Assembly: GCA_033722755.1 (NCBI GenBank)
Contig: JAWVYK010000001.1
Location: forward strand, 1 to 32,695
From: Rhodovibrionaceae bacterium
GTDB taxonomy: Bacteria > Pseudomonadota > Alphaproteobacteria > Kiloniellales > Rhodovibrionaceae
Reading direction: 5' to 3'
DNA: 32,695 nucleotides
Shown here: piece by piece, positions 6,596 through 15,211 of the stretch
Layout: every line of letters starts with the position of its first letter
Numbering within the stretch: the first letter of the stretch is position 1
The notes under the pieces: generated by a model
Seen by the model: the letters and a program-made list of their open reading frames with translations, nothing else
Told to the model about the DNA's origin: nothing
Database searches by the model: none
Translations under genes and position numbers: made by a program

Positions 6596-9163
6596 TTACT
6601 CGTTGCGCAGGTGCGGGGCGGCCTTCTCGGCCAGGGCCTGCCAGGTTCCGAAGAAGCCGAAGGCCAGCGTCAGCGCCGCGGCGACAAGCGCCGTGGCGGT
6701 CACGTGCAACGGCAGGAAGGCGAATTCCGCCTGCATGACCTGCGTCAATACGACCCAGGCGGCGAGCGTGCCGGCGCCGGCGGCGATGGCCGCCGTGATC
6801 AGACCCATCAGTCCGTATTCCAGCAGGAAGGCGCGGCCGACGTTGCGCCGCGTGGCGCCCAGCACCTTGAGCACCACGGCATCGTAAATGCGTCGGTGAT
6901 GGCCCGCGGCCACCGCGCCGGCCAGCACCAGAATCCCGGCGATCAGCGTAACACCGGCCGTCGCCGTCACCGCCACGGTGATGTTCTGAAGAATCCCGGC
7001 AAAGCGCTCCAGCGCCTCCTTCACGCGAATGGCCGAGACGTTCGGGAAGGCTTCCGTCACCTTTTGCTGCAACGCCAGTTCCTCGGCCGGGTCCATCTTG
7101 ACGGTCGCCAGGTGGGTCTGCGGGGCTTGCTGCAGCAGGCCGGGGGAGAAGACCATCACGAAATTGATCGTCAGGTCCTGCCACTCGATGCGGCGGAAAT
7201 TGGCGATCTCCGCGGTCAGCTCGCGGCCCAGCACGTTCACCGTCAGGCTGTCGCCCACCTTGAGGCCGAGCGCACGTCCCACCTCGGCATCGAGAGACAC
7301 CAGCTGCACCTCGCCGCCATAGTCCTGCGGCCACCACTGGCCGCGCGTGATCTCCGTCCCATCGGGCGCCGCGCGTGTCCAGGTCAAGCCGCGGTCGCCG
7401 CGGAACACCCAGGCGACGTCCTCGGGGATCGTCATGTCCTCGGGCCGGGTGCCGTTCACCTTGGTGATGCGCCCGCGCAGCATGGGCACCGAGCGCACTT
7501 CTTCGACACCCGGATGCCCGCGCACGAGCTCGAGGAAGGGCTCGACCTGCTGCGGCTGAATGTCGATGAAGTAGAAGCCCGGCGCGTCCTCCGGCATCGT
7601 CTGCATGACCTGCCGGTCCAGATTGCCGCGGATGAGCGCAATGGCGACCAGAACCGTCAGACCCAGGCCGAGGGAGGTGACCACGCTGCCGGTCGCCGCA
7701 CCGGGGCGATGCAGGTTCGCCAGCGCGAGCCGAAGGCCCGGCAAGCGCGGGCGCGGCAGCCGCGCGGCCAGCTTCTCGATGCCGGCGGCGGCGAGCCGGA
7801 AGAGGGCGAGTGTCGCCACCGCGCCGCCGACGAAGCCCAGGGCGAAGACCCTGTCGTCGGCGCTCAGCACGGCCAGCGCCGCCAGCGCCGCAATGGAGCC
7901 GCCGATCGCCATCCAGGCCCAGAACGGCAGCCGGCTCGATGCCCGTTCCACCACGTCCCTGAACAACGCGGCGGCGGGGATCGTCTGCGCCCGTGCCAGC
8001 GGCCAGAGCGTGAAGGCGAGTGTCGTCAGCAGGCCGAAGGCGGCGGCCAGGATGAGCGGCGCCGGGTAGACGCCGCCGGCGATCCGGAAGTTCAGCTGCT
8101 CCGCCAGCAGCGGTCCCGCCAGCGTCGGCGTGACCGCGCCCAGGGCCAGTCCGCCAAGGATGCCAAAGCCCGCCAGCGTCAGCACCTGCAGCAAATAGAC
8201 CTGGAAGACCAGGCGCGCCGGGGCGCCCAGGCACTTCAGGGTGGCGATGACCGGGCGTTTCTCGTCCAGATAGCTGCGCACCGCATTGGCCACGCCCACG
8301 CCGCCGACGAGCAGCGCGGTCAATCCGACCAGCGTCATGAACAGACCGACCCGGTCGACGAGGCGCTGGATTCCGGGCGCGGCGTTGTCCAGCCCGCGGA
8401 CGCGCCATCCGGCGTCGGGGAAGGCTTCGTTGATCTGCGCCCGCCATCGCCCGAAGTCCGCATTCGGTGGCAGGTCGACGCGGTAGTGGTGGTAGATCAG
8501 GCTGCCCGGCTGGACCAGTCCGGTTTCGTCCAGGGAGGCGCGCGAGACCATCACCCTCGGGCCCAGCGTGAAGGCGCGGGTGGCGCGGTCCGGTTCGCCG
8601 ACGACGGTGCCCCTGATCTCGTAGGTGAGATCGCCCAGACGCACACGGTCGCCCGGCGCGGCCTCCATACGGCTCAGCACGCTTTCATCGACCAGCGCAC
8701 CCCAGAGCCCGTCCTTTTCGTCCAGCAGTTCCTGCAGGTCGCCGCGCGGCTCGGTCTCGACGGCGCCATAGAGCGGATAGGCCGTATCGACCGCCTTGAG
8801 CTCCACGAGCATGCGCTCAGCGCTCGCCGCTTCGCCGGCGGGACGGAGCATGGCGCGCAATTCCGCCGTTCGCGAGGCGCGGGCGCTGTTGGCCTCGATC
8901 CACGCGCGTTCCTCGGCCGTGGCGTCGCGATGGATCAGGCGAACCTCCACCTCGCCGCCGAGCAGCGCGCGGGCATCCGACCTCAGGCCGGCCAGCATCG
9001 CCTCCGACAGCGAGCCGACGCCGGCGATGGCCGCGACCCCCAGCAGAAGACAGCCGACGAAGATGCGGAAACCTTTCAGGCCGCCGCGCAGCTCGCGCCG
9101 GGCCAGCCGCCAGGACAGGGCAAGGTCCGCGCGTCCGCCGCCGTTTTCCGCCATGTTTGCCAC
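6596..9163 (-). CDS. ybbP: ABC transporter permease, YbbP-like (two FtsX-type domains, 855 aa)
   Basis: The N-terminus WRLARRELRGGLKGFRIFVGCLLLGVAAIAG and a repeated 4-TM FtsX architecture with large periplasmic loops match YbbP. It lies 20 nt downstream of the ATPase gene. The synteny matches E. coli ybbA-ybbP next to tesA. Confidence 0.85.
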   Translation of the reverse strand: MANMAENGGGRADLALSWRLARRELRGGLKGFRIFVGCLLLGVAAIAGVGSLSEAMLAGLRSDARALLGGEVEVRLIHRDATAEERAWIEANSARASRTAELRAMLRPAGEAASAERMLVELKAVDTAYPLYGAVETEPRGDLQELLDEKDGLWGALVDESVLSRMEAAPGDRVRLGDLTYEIRGTVVGEPDRATRAFTLGPRVMVSRASLDETGLVQPGSLIYHHYRVDLPPNADFGRWRAQINEAFPDAGWRVRGLDNAAPGIQRLVDRVGLFMTLVGLTALLVGGVGVANAVRSYLDEKRPVIATLKCLGAPARLVFQVYLLQVLTLAGFGILGGLALGAVTPTLAGPLLAEQLNFRIAGGVYPAPLILAAAFGLLTTLAFTLWPLARAQTIPAAALFRDVVERASSRLPFWAWMAIGGSIAALAALAVLSADDRVFALGFVGGAVATLALFRLAAAGIEKLAARLPRPRLPGLRLALANLHRPGAATGSVVTSLGLGLTVLVAIALIRGNLDRQVMQTMPEDAPGFYFIDIQPQQVEPFLELVRGHPGVEEVRSVPMLRGRITKVNGTRPEDMTIPEDVAWVFRGDRGLTWTRAAPDGTEITRGQWWPQDYGGEVQLVSLDAEVGRALGLKVGDSLTVNVLGRELTAEIANFRRIEWQDLTINFVMVFSPGLLQQAPQTHLATVKMDPAEELALQQKVTEAFPNVSAIRVKEALERFAGILQNITVAVTATAGVTLIAGILVLAGAVAAGHHRRIYDAVVLKVLGATRRNVGRAFLLEYGLMGLITAAIAAGAGTLAAWVVLTQVMQAEFAFLPLHVTATALVAAALTLAFGFFGTWQALAEKAAPHLRNE

Positions 9164-9183
9164 CGGGCTGTCCGCCGCCTGCG

Positions 9184-9894
9184 TCAGGATGCCGCGGCCG
9201 GGCGCGGCCTGGAATCGGCCTCGCTGCGGCGGCCGTCATCGACGATTCGCCCGTCCAGCAGCTTGATGCTGCGCCTGCAGCGCGCCGCAAGGCCGGTATC
9301 GTGGGTGATCAGCATCAGCGTGGTGCCATGCCGTTCCTGCAGGTCGAACATGATATCGATGACCTGATTGCCGGTTTCGCCGTCCAGATTGCCCGTAGGC
9401 TCGTCGGCCAGCAGCAGCCGGGGCGCCATGGCGAAAGCGCGCGCGAGTGCGACACGCTGCTGCTCGCCGCCCGACAGCTGGCCCGGATAATGCGTGGTGC
9501 GCGCGCGCAGGCCGACGGAATCCAAGACCTCCTCCGCGCGCCCGAATGCATCGGCGCGTCCGGCGAACTCCATGGGTATCGCCACGTTCTCCAGCGCGGT
9601 CATGGTGGGGATCAGGTGGAAGTCCTGGAAGACGATGCCGATCCTGTCGCGGCGGAATCGCGCCAGCCAATCCTCTCCCATGTCCGTGATATCCGTGCCG
9701 TCGATCTCGATGCGCCCGTCCGTCGCGCGTTCCAGCCCGGCAATCAGCATCATCATGGACGACTTGCCGGAACCCGACGGACCGACGACGGACACGGTCT
9801 CGCCCGCCGCGATGTCCAGGCTTACGCCGCGCAGGATTTCCACCAACCCGGCCTGCGACGGGAGCGTGAGGTCGACTTTGTCGAGACGGATCAT
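9184..9894 (-). CDS. ybbA: ABC transporter ATP-binding protein, YbbA-like
   Basis: Walker [10 protein letters not shown], signature [14 protein letters not shown], Walker [13 protein letters not shown] and H-loop ITHD are all present. I place the start at the ATG giving MIRLDKVDL (typical N-terminus for this family). The track's 9945 start is a TTG with no SD. Confidence 0.9.
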   Translation of the reverse strand: MIRLDKVDLTLPSQAGLVEILRGVSLDIAAGETVSVVGPSGSGKSSMMMLIAGLERATDGRIEIDGTDITDMGEDWLARFRRDRIGIVFQDFHLIPTMTALENVAIPMEFAGRADAFGRAEEVLDSVGLRARTTHYPGQLSGGEQQRVALARAFAMAPRLLLADEPTGNLDGETGNQVIDIMFDLQERHGTTLMLITHDTGLAARCRRSIKLLDGRIVDDGRRSEADSRPRPAAAS

Positions 9895-9946
9895 GGCGTG
9901 GTCTTCGCGGGACATGAAGGGGCGGACGCGTTCCAGATGAGCCAAC

Positions 9947-10026
9947 GTTCAAGGCTTGCATATGGACGCCGCCGGGCCCGAGTCAATCTCGCGCCGCGGC
10001 GCCCGCTGCCATCCGCAAGCTTGAAC
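9947..10026. repeat. Inverted repeat in the ybbA/tesA divergent control region
   Basis: GTTCAAGGCTTGC (9947-9959) and GCAAGCTTGAAC (10015-10026) are reverse complements apart from one extra G. They bracket a 55-bp GC-rich spacer. Confidence 0.6.
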
Positions 10027-10085
10027 GCCGGCCCGCCGGCCCGATATCAGGTGTCTGGATTCCTTGCGGCGGCGGGACGGCACGG

Positions 10086-10763
10086 ATGCTCACGGTATTT
10101 CGCACAGGCCTTTACGGCATGACGCTTTTGCTGCTTGCTCTCGTTCTGGCGGGGCGACCGGCGGCGGCGAAGGACGGCGAGAGCGTGCGCATTCTGGCCT
10201 ATGGCGACTCGCTGGTCGCCGGCTATGGCCTGCCCGAGGACGAAGCCTTCCCGGCGCAGCTCGAAGCGGCGCTGCAGCAGGAGGGCATCGACGCCGAGGT
10301 GATCAACGCCGGCAATTCCGGAGACACCACGGCGGCGGCCGTCTCTCGACTGGACTGGGTTCTGGCGGAAGACCCGGATGCTGCGATCGTGGTGTTCGGC
10401 GGCAACGACGGGCTGCGCGGCCTGGACCCGGCCGAGACCTACGCCAACCTCGACGAGGTGCTGAGCCGGCTACGGGCCGATGGCTTGCCTACGCTGCTGA
10501 CCGGAATGAAGGCGCCGCGCAACCTTGGGGCCGATTACGCGAAGGAGTTCGACGCGGTCTTTCCACGCCTGGCCGAAACCCACGACATTGTGTTTTATCC
10601 GTTCTTTCTGGAAGGTGTGGCCGCGCAACCCGCGCTCAACCAGGCCGACGGCATCCATCCCAACGCCAGGGGCGTGGAGAAGATCGTCGACAAGATGCTC
10701 CCGGATGTCCGCACGCTGGTGCGCCGGGCCAAGAAGCCTGCCGGCGAAGCGTCCGGGTCGTGA
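10086..10763 (+). CDS. tesA: SGNH/GDSL arylesterase-thioesterase, TesA-like, with signal peptide
   Basis: The signal is GMTLLLLALVLAGRPAAA. The four SGNH blocks are ILAYGDSLVAGYG, NAGNSGDT, GGNDGLRG and DGIHPN. It is collinear with E. coli TesA and divergent from ybbA as in E. coli. Confidence 0.85.
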   Translation: MLTVFRTGLYGMTLLLLALVLAGRPAAAKDGESVRILAYGDSLVAGYGLPEDEAFPAQLEAALQQEGIDAEVINAGNSGDTTAAAVSRLDWVLAEDPDAAIVVFGGNDGLRGLDPAETYANLDEVLSRLRADGLPTLLTGMKAPRNLGADYAKEFDAVFPRLAETHDIVFYPFFLEGVAAQPALNQADGIHPNARGVEKIVDKMLPDVRTLVRRAKKPAGEASGS

Positions 10764-10771
10764 TACGAAAA

Positions 10772-10798
10772 GAATCCGGGCCGTGGGGGCCCGGATTC
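10772..10798 (-). terminator. Intrinsic terminator (serves the minus-strand small ORF; may also stop tesA read-through)
   Basis: 11-bp perfect stem GAATCCGGGCC / GGCCCGGATTC with a 5-nt loop. On the minus strand it is followed by TTTTCG. Confidence 0.65.
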
Positions 10799-10859
10799 GG
10801 AACTCGATCAGTGGTGCAGCGGCTTCTTGCGGAAATCCAAAGCCACTGGTCCGGCGGGC

Positions 10860-10961
10860 TTACGGCCCGTCCACCCATGGGCTGCCGGCCAGGACGTCCT
10901 GCGCCTTCAGCATGACAGTGATGGCGAGGACCGCGAGAGCGAGCAGATAGGGCTTCTTCAT
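10860..10961 (-). CDS. Candidate small protein (33 aa) with hydrophobic signal/TM-like N-terminus
   Basis: Below the track size cut-off. My translation is MKKPYLLALAVLAITVMLKAQDVLAGSPWVDGP*. GGAAGGAA lies about 8 nt upstream of the ATG, and the intrinsic terminator at 10772-10798 lies 61 nt downstream. No homology known to me. Confidence 0.35.
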   Translation of the reverse strand: MKKPYLLALAVLAITVMLKAQDVLAGSPWVDGP

Positions 10962-11152
10962 AATCCGATTCCTTCCACATACACGGGAATGCTATTCACC
11001 CGGCGGCGCGCCGCCGAGGGGGAGACCTTAGGCGCAAAAACCCTAAGGAACAGAAAAGAAAGTGGAATCAAATCGTTAACTGCAGCCGCGCTCTAAAAAG
11101 GGGTTGAAGCGGCACAACCTGAAAGCCGACCGAGACAAGAAGGGGGAGAACG

Positions 11153-12196
11153 ATGGATTACCGTCGACTGGGACGCAGCGATATCGAGGTCAGCAGCCTT
11201 TGTCTGGGGACCATGACCTGGGGCGAGCAAAATACGCAGGAGGAGGGTTTTGCCCAGATGGACGCAGCCCTCGAACGTGGCATCAATTTCTTCGACACGG
11301 CCGAGATGTATCCCATCGCCCCGCGGGAGGAGACCTACGGGCGGACCGAGGAGATCATCGGCAATTGGTTCGCAGCACGCGGCACGCGCGACAAGGTGGT
11401 TCTGGCGACCAAGGCGCTCGGTCCGGGCTCGCGCTTCGACTATGTGCGCGACGGCAAGCCAAGGCTGAACCGCGCCCATCTGGTGCAGGCGGTCGACGAC
11501 TCGCTCAGGCGGCTGCAAACCGATTACATCGATCTCTACCAACTGCACTGGCCAGAGCGGAACGCCAACTTTTTCGGGAAGCTGGGTTACCAGCACGACC
11601 CCTCGGATACAGACTGGACGCCGCTGGAGGAAACGCTGGAGGCTCTGGGAGAGATCGTCCGCTCGGGCAAGGTGCGTCACATCGGCCTGTCCAACGAGAC
11701 CGCTTGGGGCACGATGAAGACCCTGGAGCTGGCCGAGCGAGGCCTCGGGCCGCGGGTGGTGTCGATCCAGAATCCCTATTCGCTGCTGAACCGCAGCTTC
11801 GAGGCGGGCCTCGCCGAGGTGGCGATCCGCGAGGATTGCGGCCTGCTGGCCTATGCTCCCTTGGGTGCGGGCGTGCTGACCGGCAAGTATCTGGATGGCG
11901 CGAAACCGGAAGGCGCGCGCATGACGCTGTTCCCGAAGAACACGCGCTATCTGGGCGAGCGCGCGGAGGCCGCCACGCGGGCCTATGTGGCGCTCGCGCG
12001 GTTGCACGACCTCGACCCCGCGCAGATGGCGATAGCCTACGTGGCCTCTCGGCCGTTCACGACGGCGGCGATCATCGGCGCCACGTCGCTGGACCAGCTC
12101 GAGACAAACATGGCGGCCGCCGACCTCGAGCTCTCGGAGGAGGTCCTGGAGGGGCTAGAGGATCTGCACAAGGTCTACACCTATCCCTGTCCCTGA
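11153..12196 (+). CDS. tas: NADP(H)-dependent aldo-keto reductase, Tas-like
   Basis: Collinear with E. coli Tas as I remember it: LGTMTWGEQN, FDTAEMYP, LQTDYIDLYQLHWP, IQNPYSLLNRSFEAGLAEV, LTGKYLDGAKPEGAR, and a C-terminal HKVYTYPCP. Confidence 0.9.
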   Translation: MDYRRLGRSDIEVSSLCLGTMTWGEQNTQEEGFAQMDAALERGINFFDTAEMYPIAPREETYGRTEEIIGNWFAARGTRDKVVLATKALGPGSRFDYVRDGKPRLNRAHLVQAVDDSLRRLQTDYIDLYQLHWPERNANFFGKLGYQHDPSDTDWTPLEETLEALGEIVRSGKVRHIGLSNETAWGTMKTLELAERGLGPRVVSIQNPYSLLNRSFEAGLAEVAIREDCGLLAYAPLGAGVLTGKYLDGAKPEGARMTLFPKNTRYLGERAEAATRAYVALARLHDLDPAQMAIAYVASRPFTTAAIIGATSLDQLETNMAAADLELSEEVLEGLEDLHKVYTYPCP

Positions 12197-12272
12197 CCGC
12201 CCGTAGCTGGCTTGCGGCTGACTTGCGGCCGGCTTGACCGGCCACGGCAGGGCTTGATAAGCGGATGTCATC

Positions 12273-12830
12273 ATGCGGCTTTTCGTCGCCATTCCCCTCC
12301 CGTTCGATCTGCGTGAACGGCTATCGCGCCTGGAAGGCGGGCTTCCGGGCGCGCGCTGGGTGTCGGAAGACAACCTGCACCTGACGCTGCGCTTCCTGGG
12401 CGAGGTGGATGGCCGCCAGGCGCACGACATCGACGCCGCGCTCTCGCGCATCCGCATGCCGGCCTTCGCGCTGCAGCTCTCCGGAATCGACTGCTTCGGA
12501 GAGGGCAGCAAGGTGCATTCGCTCTGGGTGGGGGTCGAGCGCAATGCCGAGCTCATGCGCCTGCGCGAAAAGGTCGAGAATGCCTGTCAGGCCGCCGGCA
12601 TGCCGCCGGACCGCCGCAAGTTCAAGCCGCATATCACGCTCGCCCGTTTCAAGCAGCATCCGGGGCCGAAGCTTCAGGATTTCATGACGCGGCACAATCT
12701 TCTGCGCCCGCCGCCCTTTTCCGTGGACCGCTTCGCCCTGTTCTCCAGCTTCCTGCAGCACAGCGGCGCCATTTATTCCGAGGAGGCGGAGTATCCGCTG
12801 GATCACGGCGCCGTCGGCGTCGGCTGGTAG
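12273..12830 (+). CDS. thpR: RNA 2',3'-cyclic phosphodiesterase (2H phosphoesterase, LigT/ThpR)
   Basis: MRLFVAIPLP at the N-terminus and the two H-x-T/S-x motifs HLTLRFLG and HITLARF. Confidence 0.9.
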   Translation: MRLFVAIPLPFDLRERLSRLEGGLPGARWVSEDNLHLTLRFLGEVDGRQAHDIDAALSRIRMPAFALQLSGIDCFGEGSKVHSLWVGVERNAELMRLREKVENACQAAGMPPDRRKFKPHITLARFKQHPGPKLQDFMTRHNLLRPPPFSVDRFALFSSFLQHSGAIYSEEAEYPLDHGAVGVGW

Positions 12831-12835
12831 GTCTT

Positions 12836-13774
12836 TCAGCTCGGGGGTGTGGCTGGCGGCCTCGCCGTGGTGCGCGCCGCTGCCCGGCGCTGCCCGGTTT
12901 CCCGGTGGATGATGTAGATGCCGCTGGCGACCAGCACCATCGCGCCCACACAGACCCAGAAGTCGGGAAAATCGCGCCACACCAGCCAGCCGATCGCCGT
13001 GGCCCAGATCAGTGCCGAGTAGTCGAAGGGCGCGATCACCGCCGCCGGGCCATAGCGGTAGGCGAAAGTCAGCAGGATCGTCGCCCCGCCGCCCAGAAAT
13101 CCGATGAGGACGAAGATCGGCAAATCCGCCCAGGCCGGCGTCTTCCAGCCGAAGACCAGCAGCACGCCGGCCACCGCCGCCGGGATCGCGGTGCTCCAGA
13201 AGTAGATCGCCGCGGTGGTTTCGGTGCGGGCCATAAGCCGGGTCATCAGCATCACCGTGCCGTAGCTCGCCGCTGCGCCCAGCGGCAAAAGCGCCTCGAT
13301 CTGGAAGGTCGCCGCGCCCGGCCGCACGATGATCAGCACTCCCATAAAGCCGACGATCACCGCCGCCCAGCGCCGGAAACCCACGTGCTCGCCCAGCACC
13401 GGCACGGACATCGCCGTGATGAACAGCGGTGCGGCAAACGCGATGGCCGTCGCCTCGGCGAGCGGCAGGCTGCGCAGCCCGGTGAAGAACAGGAAGATGG
13501 CCGCCAGGATCAGCATGGCGCGCAGCACATGCAACCCGAACCTCACCGGCTTCAGCGCCGGCAGGCCGCCCTGGTGCATGACCAGGATCATCACCGGCAC
13601 CAGGGCGAAGAAGTTTCGGAAGAACGCCACCTGGACAATGGGATAACTGGCGCCCAGCCATTTCGCCGTCGCGTCCATCGTGCTGAGGAAAAACATCGCG
13701 CCCAGCATGGTCGCGATGCCAAGCGCAATGCGGTCGCCCCCGGCCTGCGCCGCCGAGCTGTCGCGCGGGCTCAT
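12836..13774 (-). CDS. DMT superfamily (EamA-like) transporter
   Basis: Ten-TM EamA layout. I trimmed the 404-aa track ORF to the ATG giving MSPRDSSAAQ, because the upstream part is Arg/Pro-rich and overlaps the kinase gene. The ATG overlaps the kinase TGA (ATGA). Confidence 0.85.
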   Translation of the reverse strand: MSPRDSSAAQAGGDRIALGIATMLGAMFFLSTMDATAKWLGASYPIVQVAFFRNFFALVPVMILVMHQGGLPALKPVRFGLHVLRAMLILAAIFLFFTGLRSLPLAEATAIAFAAPLFITAMSVPVLGEHVGFRRWAAVIVGFMGVLIIVRPGAATFQIEALLPLGAAASYGTVMLMTRLMARTETTAAIYFWSTAIPAAVAGVLLVFGWKTPAWADLPIFVLIGFLGGGATILLTFAYRYGPAAVIAPFDYSALIWATAIGWLVWRDFPDFWVCVGAMVLVASGIYIIHRETGQRRAAARTTARPPATPPS

Positions 13775-14637
13775 GCGAAGCGCTCCGCGATGCGCCGGAC
13801 CGACGCGCCGTAGTGCCCGCCGAAGAGCGCGGTGTGCACCAGCAGTGGATAGAGGTTGTAGACATCCCGGCGCAGCTCGAAGAAATCCGGGGAAAGCGGA
13901 CGAAGCTCCCGGTAGCGGCGGAAGAACGGCTCGCCAAAGGTGCCGAACAGCGTGGCAAACGCGAGTTCGACCTCCGCGTCGGCGTAATAGATGGCCGGGT
14001 CGACGAAGCCGGCGATCCGCCCGCCGCGGGCCAGCACGTTGCCGCCCCACATGTCGCCGTGGACGAGCGATGGCGCGTGGGGCGGGTCGATCAGGTCCGG
14101 CAGGCGCTTGGCCACGGATTCGACAAGCCGCAGGGTTTCCGCCGGCAGATGTCCGCTGTCGCGGGCCAGGCGGCCCATGTAGACGAGGCGCCGTTCGGCG
14201 AAGAAATCGCGCCAGTCGTCCATTTCGCCGTTCGGCTGCGCGAGCGGGCCGATCAAGGTATCGCGCTCCATGCCGAAGCGGCCTTGCGTCACGCCGTGAA
14301 GCTCGGCCAGCAAGTCGGCGGCGTGCTCCTCGGCGCTGTCGTCGAGCGCGCCGCCGCCTTCGATCCAGGTCATCAGCAACAGGTCGTCGTCGCCGAGGAC
14401 GACCCGCGGCACCGGCAGGCGGCTGTGTTCGGCAAGGTAGGCGAGCATCCAGGCTTCCAGCGCGAGGCCGCCCTCGGGCGCGAGCTTGGCCACCAGCGGC
14501 GCGCCCTCGGCGAATTCAACGCGCCGCACTTCCGCGTTGCAGCCGCCCGACAGCGGCCGCATGGCGACGGGCTCGCGCCCGGCGGCGGCGGCGATCCGCG
14601 TCTGTGTCGGTGCCGGTGTGCCCACGGCCGCCGCCAT
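13771..14637 (-). CDS. Fructosamine/ketosamine-3-kinase family protein
   Basis: SLVHGDMWGGNVL catalytic loop, FVDPAIYYADAEVELA, and a C-terminal YNLYPLLVHTALFGGHY, all typical of the FN3K/YniA family. Confidence 0.9.
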   Translation of the reverse strand: MAAAVGTPAPTQTRIAAAAGREPVAMRPLSGGCNAEVRRVEFAEGAPLVAKLAPEGGLALEAWMLAYLAEHSRLPVPRVVLGDDDLLLMTWIEGGGALDDSAEEHAADLLAELHGVTQGRFGMERDTLIGPLAQPNGEMDDWRDFFAERRLVYMGRLARDSGHLPAETLRLVESVAKRLPDLIDPPHAPSLVHGDMWGGNVLARGGRIAGFVDPAIYYADAEVELAFATLFGTFGEPFFRRYRELRPLSPDFFELRRDVYNLYPLLVHTALFGGHYGASVRRIAERFA

Positions 14638-15176
14638 TACAGCCTGCCTTCCTTGATGGCGGCGAGCAGCCCTTCGGCGCCGGCCTCGATCATGTCGAGC
14701 ACCTTCTCGAAGCCGCTGCGCGCGCCGTAATAGGGATCGGGCACGTCCTCCGTGGCCACGCCGCTGGCGAATTCCATGAAAAGGTGCAGTCGGGCGCGCG
14801 CGTCACTGGGCGCCAGGCGGGAAAGCTGCCGGTGATGGCCGCGGTCCATGGCCAGGACGAGATCGAAGCGGTAGAAATCGTCCGCCTCCACGCGGCGCGC
14901 CACCAGGCTGGAGAGGTCGTAGCCACGCTCCGCCGCTTCGCCCTGTGCGCGGGAATCCGGCGGCTCGCCAACGTGATAGCCGTGCGTGCCGGCGGAATCC
15001 GCCTCAACGCGCTCGCTCAGGCCTTCCAACTCCGCCAGGCGGCGAAAGACGCCCTCGGCGGTGGGCGAGCGGCAGATGTTGCCGGTACACACGAAGAGCA
15101 CACGGATCTTGCGCGACGTTTCGTTCACGGCCACCTCATCGAATTTCGCCGACTTTTCGGACAGCGGCGGTTGCAT
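14637..15176 (-). CDS. Low-molecular-weight protein-tyrosine phosphatase family protein
   Basis: P-loop VLFVCTGNICRSPTAEG (CX5R-S/T) and a downstream DPYYG Asp loop. Its TAA overlaps the kinase ATG by 1 nt (TAATG). Confidence 0.9.
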   Translation of the reverse strand: MQPPLSEKSAKFDEVAVNETSRKIRVLFVCTGNICRSPTAEGVFRRLAELEGLSERVEADSAGTHGYHVGEPPDSRAQGEAAERGYDLSSLVARRVEADDFYRFDLVLAMDRGHHRQLSRLAPSDARARLHLFMEFASGVATEDVPDPYYGARSGFEKVLDMIEAGAEGLLAAIKEGRL

Positions 15177-15211
15177 GAACCGGGCCTTCTTCGTCTATCA
15201 TTCGCCGCATC

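Noticed and set aside
6611-9367. A very long ORF (918 aa, + strand) and a companion at 6159..8447 (762 aa, - strand) overlap the ybbP/ybbA region.
   Set aside because: Their products are Arg/Gly/Ala/Pro/Gln-rich low-complexity strings with no motifs. The alternative minus-strand frame encodes a textbook FtsX-type permease and ABC ATPase. These are typical stop-poor shadow frames in high-GC DNA.
11001-11016. A perfect 16-bp palindrome CGGCGGCGCGCCGCCG, plus a nearby CCTTAGG-N9-CCTAAGG hairpin (11026-11048), between the small ORF and tas. I considered them as terminators.
   Set aside because: Neither strand has a U-tract after them, and they lie between divergent starts rather than after a gene. 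They could be operators, but I cannot support a specific call.
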